Shown here piece by piece: positions 10,009-22,182 of a DNA stretch of 64,000 bases. Source of the DNA: an uncultured Gemmatimonadales bacterium (GTDB lineage: Bacteria; Gemmatimonadota; Gemmatimonadetes; Gemmatimonadales; GWC2-71-9); the NCBI GenBank assembly GCA_963730185.1, contig CAVSQW010000007.1, positions 192,001 to 256,000 on the forward strand. The letters run 5' to 3'. How positions within the stretch are numbered: position 1 is the first letter of the stretch; the number at the start of each line of letters is the position of its first letter. The notes beneath the pieces were generated by a model, which was not told the DNA's origin, made no database searches, and saw nothing but the letters and a program-made list of their open reading frames with translations. A program made the position numbers and the translations under genes.

Positions 10009-10848
10009 CTACAAGTCTTCCCGCTCCACCCGGCGGGAGACCCGCTCGGTCACGTAGACCTCGGGAGGTGCGTTGGGCTTGACCCGAACGGACTTGGCCG
10101 GAATCCCGACGTTCACGTGATAGGGCTTCACGTCTTTGGTGGCCAGCGCGAGCGCGCCGACCATCCCGTTCCGGCCGATCCGGTTACCGGCCAGGACGGT
10201 GGCGTGGTAGGTGATCCGGACGTCGTCCTCCAGGATGGTCCGCGCGTCGGTCACCTCCAGCTGGTCCACGATGCTGTGGGTGTGGCTATAGAGGTTGGCG
10301 TAGTCGGAGATGCTCACCCGGTTGCCGAGCGTGATCCCGCCCCGGTCGTCGAGCAGGACGTGGCGGTGCACCACCACGTCGTCGCCGACCTCCATGTTGT
10401 AGCCGAACGAGAACTCCACCTGCTGGAACGCTTTGAAGTTCGCCCCGCAGCGGGCGAAGATCCGGGGTGCCAGGAGCCGGCGCAGCCGGACGCCGAGGTC
10501 CACGTGCTGGCCGCCCATGGGGGAGCGATCGAACGAGTACCAGAGCCAGAGCAGCGGCTTGACCCGGGCGAACTTCGCGACGTCCACCTCGGCGTAGTAC
10601 TCGGGTTCCAGGGTGATGCAGTGGGGGTCGAGCGCCGCGAGCGCGGCTTGGGCGGTGGGCGTCGTCGGCTTGGCGTCGCCGTACCGGCCTTGCCCCGGGT
10701 GCCAGATCTCGAACAGAACTTCGCGACAGAGGGCGTACCAGTCGGCGTCCGGTTCGGCGAGCCGGCCCTCGATCATCTGAAGCCAGTCGTCGTAGATGGC
10801 CTGGGCGCGGCCGGGAAGGGGTACGGGACGCAGGGGACGCAATACCAT
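10009..10848 (-). CDS. Hexapeptide-repeat (left-handed beta-helix) acyltransferase with N-terminal helical extension
   Basis: MEVGDDVVVHRHVLLDDRGGITLGNRVSISDYANLYSHTH, ILEDDVRI, IGRNGMVGALALATKDVKPY..VGIPAK. Confidence 0.85.
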   Translation of the reverse strand: MVLRPLRPVPLPGRAQAIYDDWLQMIEGRLAEPDADWYALCREVLFEIWHPGQGRYGDAKPTTPTAQAALAALDPHCITLEPEYYAEVDVAKFARVKPLLWLWYSFDRSPMGGQHVDLGVRLRRLLAPRIFARCGANFKAFQQVEFSFGYNMEVGDDVVVHRHVLLDDRGGITLGNRVSISDYANLYSHTHSIVDQLEVTDARTILEDDVRITYHATVLAGNRIGRNGMVGALALATKDVKPYHVNVGIPAKSVRVKPNAPPEVYVTERVSRRVEREDL

Positions 10849-10925
10849 GGAGCGAGCTCGAGGCCAAAGACCTGCCGAATCTAGCGGCGCTCGGCGCCGG
10901 CCCGCGACCCGCCTCCCGGTCCGCT

Positions 10926-11522
10926 CTAGCGCTCCGCCTCGCCCGCCTGCCGCTCGATCTCCAGCCCCAACTCCTCCAACCCCATTCCCGTGTCGCTGCT
11001 GGTCAGGAGCAGCTCGTGGGGCTCGAGCTCGAGCTCCCCGGCCCGGGATGCCTGGGCCCGGACCCGCTGCCCATGGGGCAGCTTGTCGGCCTTGGTGAGG
11101 ACGGCCAGAACGGGGCACCCGCTCTCGGTCAGGAGCTCGCGCATCGCCAGGTCGTCGCTCGATGGTGGGTGCCTGATGTCGATCAGCCAGACCACGGCGC
11201 GGACCTGCTCCCGCTGGCGGATCACGGTCTCCAGCATCTGCCGAAATCGGATCCGGTCCGCCTTCGACACCCGGGCGAATCCGTAGCCCGGCAGGTCGAC
11301 GAGATAGAGGTTGGGCAGGCGAAAGACGTTGAGCAGCTGTGTCTTCCCCGGGGTCCGACTGGTCCGGGCGATCTTCTGGCCCACCAAGGCGTTGAGGAGG
11401 GTCGATTTGCCGACGTTCGACCGCCCCAGAAAAACGAACTCGGGCAGGACCGGGGTCAGGGGATGGCGGGGATCGGGGAAGCTCCCGACGAACTCGATCG
11501 GGCGGCCGGACAGCGGTGGCAG
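10926..11522 (-). CDS. engB: Ribosome biogenesis GTPase EngB/YihA/YsxC; start codon uncertain (CTG candidate)
   Basis: [39 protein letters not shown]; directly downstream of clpX. Confidence 0.92.
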   Translation of the reverse strand: MPPLSGRPIEFVGSFPDPRHPLTPVLPEFVFLGRSNVGKSTLLNALVGQKIARTSRTPGKTQLLNVFRLPNLYLVDLPGYGFARVSKADRIRFRQMLETVIRQREQVRAVVWLIDIRHPPSSDDLAMRELLTESGCPVLAVLTKADKLPHGQRVRAQASRAGELELEPHELLLTSSDTGMGLEELGLEIERQAGEAER

Positions 11523-11526
11523 GAGG

Positions 11527-12783
11527 CTATGCTTCCTTGACCGCCCTCGGCCGCTCCGTGATGACCAGCGGGGGCGACCCTTCGTTGATCGACTCGGGGG
11601 TGATGACCACCTCGCGCACGTCGTCCCGGGTCGGGAGCTCGAACATGATGTCGGTCATCACGTTCTCGAGGATGGCGCGGAGGCCCCGGGCGCCGGTGCC
11701 TCGCTTGAGCGCCTTCCGGGCCACGGCCCTGAGAGCCTCCTGGTCGAACGTCAGCCCAACCGATTCGAGCTCGAACAGCTTTTCGTACTGCTTGCTGAGC
11801 GAGTTCTTGGGCTCGACCAGGATCCGGACCAGGGCCTCCTCGTCGAGCGACTGCAGCGGCACGATCACCGGGAGACGGCCCACCAGCTCGGGGATCAGCC
11901 CGAAGCGGAGCAGGTCGTCGGGCTCGGCGTGCGCGAACGGGCTGGCCTTGTCGACCACCGCCTGGGGGGTGCCGTCGCTGGCCGGCGCGCGGGTGAAGCC
12001 GATCTGCTGGTGGCCGAGCCGGTTCTCGATCACTTTCTCGAGCCCGTCGAAGGCTCCGCCGCAGATGAACAGGATGTCCTTGGTGTTGATCTGGATGTAT
12101 TCCTGCTGCGGGTGCTTCCGGCCCCCCTGGGGCGGCACGCTGGCAACCGTCCCTTCGAGGATCTTGAGCAGCGCCTGCTGCACCCCCTCGCCGGACACGT
12201 CGCGGGTGATGCTCGGATTCTCCGACTTTCGGGCAATCTTGTCGATCTCGTCGATGTAGACGATGCCCCGCTCGCACTCCGAGACGTTGAACTCGCCGGC
12301 CTGCAGGAGCCGAACGAGGATGTTCTCCACGTCCTCGCCCACGTAGCCCGCCTCGGTCAGCGTGGTGGCGTCGGCGATGGTGAAGGGGACGTCGAGGATC
12401 CGGGCCAAGGTCTGGGCCAGCAACGTCTTGCCGACGCCGGTGGGGCCCAGCAGCAGGATGTTCGACTTGTCCAGTTCCACCGAGTTGTCGCGGCCGGCGG
12501 CGGCGTTGATTCGTTTGTAGTGGTTGTAGACGGCGACGGCCAGGGTCCGCTTGGCGCGCTCCTGGCCGATCACGTACTGGTCCAGCACGTCCTTGATCTC
12601 GCTGGGGGTCGGAACGTGGGTGATGTTGTCGACCACGTCCCGCTCTTCGTCCTCGGCCAGGATCTCGTTGCAGAGCGAGATGCACTCGTTGCAGATGTAG
12701 ACCGACGGGCCGGAGATGAACTTCCGGACCGAATCCTTCGACTTACCGCAGAAGGAACAGCGGAGGTGCTTGTCGTTGGACAT
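11527..12783 (-). CDS. clpX: ATP-dependent Clp protease ATP-binding subunit ClpX
   Basis: CSFCGK..ICNEC Zn finger, [31 protein letters not shown] loop, GARGLR. Confidence 0.99.
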   Translation of the reverse strand: MSNDKHLRCSFCGKSKDSVRKFISGPSVYICNECISLCNEILAEDEERDVVDNITHVPTPSEIKDVLDQYVIGQERAKRTLAVAVYNHYKRINAAAGRDNSVELDKSNILLLGPTGVGKTLLAQTLARILDVPFTIADATTLTEAGYVGEDVENILVRLLQAGEFNVSECERGIVYIDEIDKIARKSENPSITRDVSGEGVQQALLKILEGTVASVPPQGGRKHPQQEYIQINTKDILFICGGAFDGLEKVIENRLGHQQIGFTRAPASDGTPQAVVDKASPFAHAEPDDLLRFGLIPELVGRLPVIVPLQSLDEEALVRILVEPKNSLSKQYEKLFELESVGLTFDQEALRAVARKALKRGTGARGLRAILENVMTDIMFELPTRDDVREVVITPESINEGSPPLVITERPRAVKEA

Positions 12784-12852
12784 GATCGGTCGCCAACCGC
12801 GTCACGGGATTTCGAAAATACTGGCGGGTACCGCCCGCCGCTGAACCTGGTC

Positions 12853-12868
12853 GCAAGAATGCTACCAA
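12853..12868 (-). promoter_or_regulatory. Candidate sigma54 (-24/-12) promoter of clpX
   Basis: Minus strand TTGGTAGCATTCTTGC = GG-N10-GC ending TTGC. Confidence 0.55.
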
Positions 12869-12946
12869 CAATCGCCCGGCGGCCGTTCCCGCGTCAAGCC
12901 TGACCGCCCGCTTTCGATCTGGGTCAGAAACAGCGAAACCAATGTG

Positions 12947-12959
12947 AATAAAGGACTTG
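12947..12959 (+). promoter_or_regulatory. Candidate IHF binding site
   Basis: AATAAAGGACTTG, one mismatch to WATCAANNNNTTR, in an AT-rich patch about 80 bp upstream of the sigma54-like site. Confidence 0.4.
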
Positions 12960-13181
12960 GGTCATGTGCGCCGAGACTTTTCCCGGCCGGAACCGCCGCC
13001 AGGTCCCCGTCCGGGAACGGCGGTTGAGCTCGGCGGCCGGACCCGCCCCGTACCGACCGGCCCCCGAAAAACGCGAGCGTCGACCATCCGGCCGATTCCC
13101 GTCCGGTCAGGCCCCCGAAAAGGTCGGCGGGCCCCGCCCCCGAGGCCCGCAGCGCACCCAGCCGTCCAGCCGTCCGCCCGT

Positions 13182-13799
13182 CTAGTCCTTCTTCTTCCCG
13201 TCCGGGGTGCGGGTCGGCTCGAATACCGTGTCGATGATCCCGTAGGTCTTGGCTTCGTCGGCGCTCATGTACCGGTCGCGATCCACGTCCTTCTCGACGG
13301 CCTCCAGCGTCTGGCCGGTGTGCGCCGCGAAAAGCCGGTTCATGGTCTCCCGCGTGTGGAGGATCTCCCGCGCCATGATCTCGATGTCGGCGGCGGTGCC
13401 CTGCGACCCGCCCGACGGCTGGTGGATCATGATCCGGGCGTGAGGCAGCGCGGCCCGCTTGCCCTTGGTGCCGGACGCGAGCAGGAAGGCGCCCATCGAG
13501 GCCGCCATGCCCATGCAGATCGTGTTGATCGGGGCCCGGAGGTGCTGCATCGTGTCGTAGATCGCCAACCCCGAGTGGACGTGCCCGCCCGGGGAGTTGA
13601 TGTACATGTTGATGTCCTTGTCCGGATTGTCGGCATCCAGGAACAGGAGCTGGGCGATGATGATGTTGGCGACGTCGTCGTTGATCCCGGCACCGAGGAA
13701 CACGATCCGGTCCATCAGGAGCCGCGAGAAGATGTCGTAGGTCCGCTCGCCCCGGGGCGAGCGCTCGATGATGTACGGGGGATACAGCATGGTGCTCAC
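13182..13799 (-). CDS. clpP: ATP-dependent Clp protease proteolytic subunit
   Basis: [29 protein letters not shown] (catalytic Ser), IMIHQP (His), DRDRYM (Asp). Confidence 0.99.
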   Translation of the reverse strand: MSTMLYPPYIIERSPRGERTYDIFSRLLMDRIVFLGAGINDDVANIIIAQLLFLDADNPDKDINMYINSPGGHVHSGLAIYDTMQHLRAPINTICMGMAASMGAFLLASGTKGKRAALPHARIMIHQPSGGSQGTAADIEIMAREILHTRETMNRLFAAHTGQTLEAVEKDVDRDRYMSADEAKTYGIIDTVFEPTRTPDGKKKD

Positions 13800-15049
13800 G
13801 CGCTCTTCTCCTCGACCGTGGACTGCTGGAGCAGGAACTCGAAGACCTTCTCCTCGGTGATGCTGCGCTCGAGCTCGGGCAACCGCTTATTCTTCTCGAA
13901 CGAAGCGTAGACCTCGGCGGGCGACACCCCCCGACCTTCCGCGAGCTTCGCGATCCGGCCGTCGAGGTCGGCTTCCGTGGCGAACAGCTTCTCCCGCTCG
14001 GCCACCGCCCCGACCACCAGCTCCCGCTTCACGTGGTTCACGGCCACCGGCCGGAACTCGGTGTAGAACTGCTCCTCCCGCTCGTGGGGCACTTCGTAGG
14101 CGTGGAGGTAGGCGTGGAGGGCCCGGTTGACCAGCGACGGCGGGGCTTCGACCCCGTTCGCCTCGATGACCTGATTGAGCACGGCCTCGCGGACGCCGGC
14201 CTCCGCCTCGCGGGCCGCGTTTCGCTCCAGGTCGCTCCGAACCCCCGCCCGGAGCGCCGCCAGGTCGTCGAAGTCGCCGACCTCCTTGGCGAAGCCGTCG
14301 TCGATGGGCGGCAGCTCCTGGCGCTTCACCTCCAGCAGCGAGACCCGGACCTTCCGGTGCTGGCCCCGCCGAGTCGGATCGGGGTGGTCGTCCGGCAATT
14401 TGATGTCCGCCTCGGCCGTCTCGCCGGGCTTGAGCTCCATGATCTTTTCTTCCAGGGCCGGCACCGCCTGGCCCTGGCCCACCACCACGGAGTAGGTCTG
14501 CGGATCCTTGAGCTCCCCGTCCTCGATCGAGGTTACCTCCACCCGTACCATGTTGCCCGGCACGGGCGCCGCGTCGGCCACCGGAATCCAGGCGGCCCGA
14601 CTCTCCCGAAGCTGCTCGATCTGCTCGGCCACCATCTCGTCCGTGACCGGCACCACCTCGCGGGTGACGGTGAAGCCTCCCAGGCGGCTGAGCTCGATCG
14701 ACGGGCGGACGTCGACCTGAAAGTCGAACTCGACCGGCTGGCCGTCCTCGAACTTGAGGTTCCGGACCGTCGGATCGGAGATCGGCTTGAGGTCGTCCGC
14801 CGTCCGGGCCTGCTCCCAGCCCTCCCGGATCACTTCCTCGATGACGTATTGGCGGATCGCCTGCCCGAAGCGTTTTCGGACCACGGCGTCGGGTGCCTTG
14901 CCGGCCCGAAACCCGGGCAGCTTGGCCCGACGCCCATACTCGCGGAGCGCCCGCGCCTCGGCCGCCTGGACGCGGTCGACCGGGACGGTGACGTGCAATG
15001 ATTTCGACGCCGCGTCTTCCGCGGTAGCCGTGATGGTGATCTCAGTCAT
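13796..15049 (-). CDS. tig: Trigger factor
   Basis: Ribosome-binding signature [14 protein letters not shown]-like middle domain; overlaps clpP start (GTGA). Confidence 0.97.
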   Translation of the reverse strand: MTEITITATAEDAASKSLHVTVPVDRVQAAEARALREYGRRAKLPGFRAGKAPDAVVRKRFGQAIRQYVIEEVIREGWEQARTADDLKPISDPTVRNLKFEDGQPVEFDFQVDVRPSIELSRLGGFTVTREVVPVTDEMVAEQIEQLRESRAAWIPVADAAPVPGNMVRVEVTSIEDGELKDPQTYSVVVGQGQAVPALEEKIMELKPGETAEADIKLPDDHPDPTRRGQHRKVRVSLLEVKRQELPPIDDGFAKEVGDFDDLAALRAGVRSDLERNAAREAEAGVREAVLNQVIEANGVEAPPSLVNRALHAYLHAYEVPHEREEQFYTEFRPVAVNHVKRELVVGAVAEREKLFATEADLDGRIAKLAEGRGVSPAEVYASFEKNKRLPELERSITEEKVFEFLLQQSTVEEKSA

Positions 15050-15128
15050 AAGCGGGCGGAATCTAGACCCCCCCAGACTGATGGGGTAGGCCGAATGGAA
15101 GGAAGGAGGGGCCTGCCCGGGAGGGGGG

Positions 15129-15407
15129 CTACTGCGGCGCGATCGGAAGCGTAGGCTGCCCCGAGGTCGCGCTGACGACGCTTACGACCAGCTTGACCGC
15201 CAAGGTCAGGGCCGGAAGACCCACCCCGGTGGCCAGCAAGACCAGGTTCGCCGCCACCAACGGTGACGTCAACCGGTTCACCAGGCGCCGATCCCGGGTC
15301 AGGAACACCCCGATCGCCGCCAGGCCGTTGAGGAGCAGGAACGCGACCGCCGACCAACGGAAGGCCGTCGCGCCGAGAGTGCCGAGTGAGGTGGCTAGGT
15401 TTTCCAT
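15129..15407 (-). CDS. Small hypothetical membrane protein (92 aa, about 2 TM)
   Basis: GGAGG RBS before ATG; hydrophobic segments WSAVAFLLLNGLAAIGVFL and LVAANLVLLATGVGLPALTLAV. Confidence 0.65.
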   Translation of the reverse strand: MENLATSLGTLGATAFRWSAVAFLLLNGLAAIGVFLTRDRRLVNRLTSPLVAANLVLLATGVGLPALTLAVKLVVSVVSATSGQPTLPIAPQ

Positions 15408-15455
15408 GGGACGGGTACCTCCACGTCGAGACGACGGGACCCCGAGATCAATGCG

Positions 15456-15536
15456 TGCGAACGGCGGGAGTCGAACCCGCACCCCGCGAGGGACAGGATC
15501 CTAAATCCTGCGCGTCTGCCATTCCGCCACGTTCGC
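15456..15536 (-). tRNA. tRNA-Leu (anticodon TAG); CCA not encoded
   Basis: GCGAACG/CGTTCGC acceptor stem, D-arm TGGCGGAATGGCAGACGC, anticodon arm CAGGA-TTTAGGA-TCCTG, long variable arm, GGTTCGACTCC T-loop. Confidence 0.97.
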
Positions 15537-15658
15537 GCGACCAGCCCCGGCTGGGGCCGGATGAGAATTGGATAACTGCTCAACATTACCAACGCTATCG
15601 GATTCGCGCGAGCGGTTGTTTCGAGGTGGAACCTCAACTGGTGTCCCGACTTGCGGCC

Positions 15659-16030
15659 CTAGCTCCCCGATCGAGCCCGGAACCGCCGAAGGGCCTCGAT
15701 CGCCTCGTGTCCCCGGGCGTCGAGCGTGGGGAGGTATTCCCCGGCCTTCGCGGTCCTGCCCTCCCGGGCCTCCCCCTCGAGCTCGGCGGCCAGGCCGGCC
15801 AGGGCTACCGCCCCGATGGTGGCCGCGCTGCCCTTGAGGGCGTGGGCCGCCTTGCGAATCGGGTCCGCCGCGCCCTCGCCGACCGCCTCCCGCAAGCCGG
15901 CGAGCCGCTTCGGCAGGTCGGCTTCGAAGACCTCGATCAACTCGAGGATGAGATCCGGTTCGCCCTCCTCCTGGAGGATCCGGTAGCGGTCGAGCACCTG
16001 CTCGTCGATGACACCGACGTCGTGGGCCAT
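15659..16030 (-). CDS. Stand-alone Hpt (histidine phosphotransfer) protein
   Basis: ELIEVF..AAHALKGSAATIGA..LE motif. Confidence 0.92.
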   Translation of the reverse strand: MAHDVGVIDEQVLDRYRILQEEGEPDLILELIEVFEADLPKRLAGLREAVGEGAADPIRKAAHALKGSAATIGAVALAGLAAELEGEAREGRTAKAGEYLPTLDARGHEAIEALRRFRARSGS

Positions 16031-16164
16031 AGGCTCCTGTTCTTGGGCAAAGGGTCCAGCCTTGAGCATCGGCCCGCCCGGGCCGGTCCTTGAGCTCCGG
16101 GGTGATAGGGGGGGCTTGGCGCGGGTGTTAGATTAGGCGCCCTCTTGCGGTGGAGCGGATCGTG

Positions 16165-16524
16165 ATGCGGATCACATGGCGGCGCGGGGTGCGGTTGCTG
16201 GCGTTGGGTGCCCTGGTGGCGGCCGGAGCGTGCGAGCGCCCGGACGCCCGCCTCGAGAAGCTCGCCCTCGGGATCTCCAAGGACAGCGTGCTCGCCCTCA
16301 TGGGCGGGCAGCCCGCCCGAACCGATGCCTACCTGAACCAGGGGCAGTACATCCAGGCCCTCTACTTTCCCCCCCACGGCTCGGCCCCGCCGGACTCCGG
16401 CCAGGATCGGACCATGTCGCCCGTCATCCTGATTGGAGCCACGGGCAAGGTCACCGGCTGGGGTTGGTCCTATTGGGATTCGGTCGCCGCGGCCAACAAG
16501 ATCCAGGTGGCGCCGGCGAAGTAG
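16165..16524 (+). CDS. Small hypothetical lipoprotein (SmpA/OmlA- or DUF3192-like)
   Basis: Lipobox VAAGAC; KLALGISKDSVLALMG..QALYF..SPVILI..KVTGWGW. Confidence 0.65.
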   Translation: MRITWRRGVRLLALGALVAAGACERPDARLEKLALGISKDSVLALMGGQPARTDAYLNQGQYIQALYFPPHGSAPPDSGQDRTMSPVILIGATGKVTGWGWSYWDSVAAANKIQVAPAK

Positions 16525-16543
16525 GGGGCCGGACCCGGAGAGA

Positions 16544-16581
16544 GCACGAGGCCCCCGGCCAGCCGGCCGGGGGCCTCGTGC
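16544..16581. terminator. Hairpin between convergent lipoprotein and degP genes
   Basis: GCACGAGGCCCCCGGCC-AGCC-GGCCGGGGGCCTCGTGC, perfect 17-bp stem. Confidence 0.75.
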
Positions 16582-16602
16582 GTTCGTCCCCTCGACCGGC
16601 GG

Positions 16603-18195
16603 TCAGTTTGCCAGCTTCACCCGAATGATGCTGGTGCCGCCCTGGCCGCCCGCCTGCTGCGGTTGGAATACCGACAGGGTGACGATCTCGCCCGCCTTGA
16701 AGCCCTTGAGCGCCGACCGGAGCTCCGCCTCGGAGCGCACAGCCTTGCCTTCGACCGCGGTGATGACGTCGATCCGCTGGGCGGGCGGGAAGAGGAGGCC
16801 GTCGGCCGGGCCGTAGGGATCCACGTCCTCGACCAGCACCCCGTGGGTCGCGTTGGTGCCCAACTGGCGGGCCATGTCCGGGGTGATCGTCTCGACCCCG
16901 ATCCCGAGGCGGCTCTTGATCTCGCCGGCATCGTTGTTGGTCGGCTCGGCCGGCGTGGAGTCATGGCCCTGCTCGGCCACCTGGGTCGTGGCGCCCTGCT
17001 CGACCAGCCGGACGTTGAAGGTCTTCCGGACGCCGCCCTTCCGCGCCACCTCGATCTTCGCGATCGTGCCCGGTTTCTTGAACCCGACCACCTGCTGGAG
17101 CTGGCTGGTGTACTCGACCGGGGTCCCGTCCACCGTGATGACGATGTCGCCCGCCTCGAGCCCGGCCGCCTGGGCCGGCGAGCCGGGCGTGAACTCGTTG
17201 ATCTTGACCCCGCGGATCTCGGGGAGCTTCACGTAGTCCGCATCGAGCTGGGTGGCGTCCTGGACCAGCACGCCGAGGGCGGCCCGCTCCACCTTGCCGT
17301 GGGCGATCAGCTGATCCATGACCTGCTTGGCCAGGTCGATCGGGATGGCGAAGGCATACCCCACGTTGAACCCGGTCTGGGAGAAGATCGCCGAGTTGAT
17401 CCCGATCACCTCGCCCCGGACGTTGAGCAGCGGCCCGCCCGAGTTGCCCCGGTTGATGGCCGCGTCGGTCTGAATGAAGTCCTGGATCGTGCTGCCGCCG
17501 CTGTTCGGGAGCGGCAGGTTGGCCCGACCCTTGGCGCTCACGATCCCCGAGGTGACCGTGAAATTGAGCTCTTCCTGGAGCGGGTTGCCGACCGCCAGGA
17601 CCCACTCGCCGACCCGGGTCGCGTCGCTCGAACCCAGCCGGGCCGGCGTCAGCGCCACGCTCCGGGGGTCGATCTTGATCACCGCCAGATCGGTGTTCTG
17701 GTCGGTGCCGACGATCTTGGCCTTGAACTCGTGGCGGTCGGACAGCCGCACCATGACCTCGTCGGCGTCTTCGACCACGTGGTAGTTGGTCAGGATGTAG
17801 CCGTCGGCGGACACCACGAAGCCGGACCCGGCCCCAGTCTCGACCTGGGGCTCACCGCGGTTCCGCTGCGGCCGGCCGAAGAACTCCTCGAACCCGGGCG
17901 GCACCCGGCGGGCGGTGGCGCTCCGCTCGGTCCGGCGGGAACGGATGTAGACGACCGATGGTTTGACGCCCTCGGCCACCGTGGCGAAGGCGTCGCTCAG
18001 CGTGGTCAGCGGCTGAGTGGCCGCGGCTGGCACGAGTGTCTGAACCGCCGGAATGACCGATCCCGCCTGGGACGCGCGGGTCTGGGCCGCCGACGCGGCC
18101 GGCAGATCCAGCAACCCCGCGAAGAGGAGGCCCAGCACGAAGGCCAGGCCGACCAAACCACCGAACTTGAGCCAATTCAACGACCGTACGGACAT
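16603..18195 (-). CDS. degP: HtrA/DegP (Do family) serine protease with two PDZ domains
   Basis: N-terminal TM, GSGFVV, TNYHVV, TDLAVIK, IQTDAAINRGNSGGPL, two PDZ domains. Confidence 0.95.
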   Translation of the reverse strand: MSVRSLNWLKFGGLVGLAFVLGLLFAGLLDLPAASAAQTRASQAGSVIPAVQTLVPAAATQPLTTLSDAFATVAEGVKPSVVYIRSRRTERSATARRVPPGFEEFFGRPQRNRGEPQVETGAGSGFVVSADGYILTNYHVVEDADEVMVRLSDRHEFKAKIVGTDQNTDLAVIKIDPRSVALTPARLGSSDATRVGEWVLAVGNPLQEELNFTVTSGIVSAKGRANLPLPNSGGSTIQDFIQTDAAINRGNSGGPLLNVRGEVIGINSAIFSQTGFNVGYAFAIPIDLAKQVMDQLIAHGKVERAALGVLVQDATQLDADYVKLPEIRGVKINEFTPGSPAQAAGLEAGDIVITVDGTPVEYTSQLQQVVGFKKPGTIAKIEVARKGGVRKTFNVRLVEQGATTQVAEQGHDSTPAEPTNNDAGEIKSRLGIGVETITPDMARQLGTNATHGVLVEDVDPYGPADGLLFPPAQRIDVITAVEGKAVRSEAELRSALKGFKAGEIVTLSVFQPQQAGGQGGTSIIRVKLAN

Positions 18196-18287
18196 GGCGG
18201 TGCTCTATCCCTCTTGGTTCAGACGCTGACGGTTGTGATCGCCTCCCGGACCGGCCTCGGGCCGGTCGGGAGGCGCCTTGCTGCAAT

Positions 18288-18315
18288 ATACGAGAGATGC
18301 CCCATCGGGGGTTCC
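18288..18315 (-). promoter_or_regulatory. Candidate ECF-sigma promoter of degP
   Basis: GGAAC-N18-CGTAT about 90 nt upstream of the start codon. Confidence 0.5.
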
Positions 18316-18355
18316 CGTCGCGGCGAACCCCCGGCGGAGGGGCGGACCGGGGCTC

Positions 18356-19900
18356 TCAGGGTGAGGTCGTCGCCACCGCCCCCGTCCGCGAGGTGCCGCC
18401 GATGAAGGCCGCGATGTTCCGCTTGAGCTTGGCCAGATCCGGCGTGTGGAGATACATCATGTGACCGGCGTCGTAGTACTTCTCCGCGATGTTGCCGCGG
18501 AGCTTGGCCGGGAGTCCCGCCAGATGGTCCACCGTGTACTCGGTGGCGAAGAACGGGGTGGCCAGATCGTAATAGCCGTTCTCGATCTCCACCTTGAGAG
18601 CCGGGTTGGTCACCAGGGCCTGGACCAGGTCGGTGCCCACGTAGGTGGCCGTGAGCCAGCCGCGGCTCCCCTGGCGGTTCCAATCCCACTGGACCCCGCC
18701 GCTCATCTTGTAACGGTCCTCGGTCGAGAACTTGAGCTCGTCGCGGAGGTAGGAGTTGGTGGCGGCCGTGAACGCGCCAGCTGACCGCGTCCGACTGCGG
18801 GTCGCCCCGGGCGCCCTCGGCCAGCAGGTCCGTGACCGGGCCCGAAAACCGTGAATCAGCCGGCCGGTTACCTCGCCGTGGGACCGTTGGAGCTCCGCCA
18901 TGAACTGGCTCAGGTCGACCCGGAGGTCGGCCTTCATGAGGTAGTCCTCCGAGAGGCCGGTGTACTGGCTCAGCTGCTTGGCCACCGCGGCCTTCCGGGC
19001 CTCCGGAAGGTCGAGCCCTGGGCCAGGGCGCTGGCGTACTCGCCGGCGGCGTATTGGCGCACCTGGGTCAGGAAGGACTCCAGGTTGCCGGGGCCGGGAT
19101 CAGCTTGTGATACGCCGCCGTCGCCGCGTAGCTCGGCAGATAGAGCAGGTACGAGATGTCGTGACCCGGCGCGAAGTTGAGGGTCTCGAAGTCGAGCACC
19201 GACGAGATCAGGACCACGCCGTTGAAGGCCATGTTTTCCTGCCGCTGGAGCCGGTTCACCAGCACCGCCGACCGGGTGGTTCCGTAGCTCTCGCCGATCA
19301 GGTACTTGGGCGAGTTCCAGCGGTTGTTTCGGGTCACGTACTGGTAGACGAACTGCGCCAGGGAACGGGCGTCCTCGTCCACCCCCAGAAGTCTTTCCCG
19401 GTGCCCTTGCCCGCGAGTTTCGAGAAGCCGGTCCCGATCGGGTCGACGAAGACCAGGTCGGTCACGTCGATGAGGGAGTTGGCGTTGTCCTCGAGCTGGT
19501 AGGGCGGGGGCGGGGTGTGCTCGGCGTCGGTCGTCATGATCCGCCGCGGTCCGAAGGCGCCCATGTGGAGCCAGGCCGAGGCCGATCCGGGCCCTCCGTT
19601 GTAGACGAAGGCCAGCGGCCGCTGGGACGGGTCCTTCACGTCCGACCGGGTGTAGGCGGTGTAGTAGAGACTGCCGATCGGCTCGTCCTTGTCGTTCTTG
19701 AGCAGGATCGTCGCGGCGGTAGCCTGGTACGGGACCAGGGTGCCGCCCACCCGGATCGAGTGCTGGGTGACGGACGTCTCCTCCTTGGGGACCGGAGCCG
19801 GTTGATGGGAAGAGTCGGACTCGGCGGGCCGGGGTGGCCGCTGCGCCTGGGCCGGCGCCACCAGAGTCGCGGTGAGCAATGTGACGGCGAGCAATCGCAT
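18356..19900 (-). CDS. Secreted serine carboxypeptidase (peptidase S10), frameshifted in this sequence
   Basis: AAGGAGG RBS, signal peptide, [48 protein letters not shown] spread over different frames. Confidence 0.9.
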
Positions 19901-19975
19901 CGTGCCTCCTTGGAATGCCTGGGGCGCGCCTGGGGCGCGGCAGGGGATGAGGAGTATGCACCGGCGGCCGGACGC

Positions 19976-20014
19976 GCGAAACCCCGCCGCCGGCCGGGCC
20001 GGGGCGGGGTTCGC
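19976..20014 (-). terminator. Hairpin after dnaK
   Basis: GCGAAACCCCGCC...GGCGGGGTTCGC inverted repeat; short T-run on the minus strand. Confidence 0.55.
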
Positions 20015-20037
20015 CGGGGCGCGAGGCGCCGCCGTGC

Positions 20038-22056
<2,019 letters not shown>

Positions 22057-22063
22057 TCACTAG

Positions 22064-22099
22064 AGCAACCGACGTACCGCCGAAATGCGCCATAATGGC
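22064..22099 (-). promoter_or_regulatory. Candidate sigma54 promoter of dnaK with adjacent palindrome
   Basis: Minus strand CGGTACGTCGGTTGCT (GG-N10-GC, 22079-22064); palindrome GCCATAATGGC at 22089-22099. Confidence 0.55.
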
Positions 22100-22182
22100 A
22101 CACGGACGGCAGATCGCGACCTGGCTGGGATTTCTGGGGGCTGCTGGGGTCGGGTGCTGTCGGCTGGCCCGGGCCCCGCGGT

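Noticed and set aside
15456..15536. tRNA-Leu as the attachment site of an integrated element
   Set aside because: No integrase, no duplicated tRNA 3' end and no compositional shift in the window
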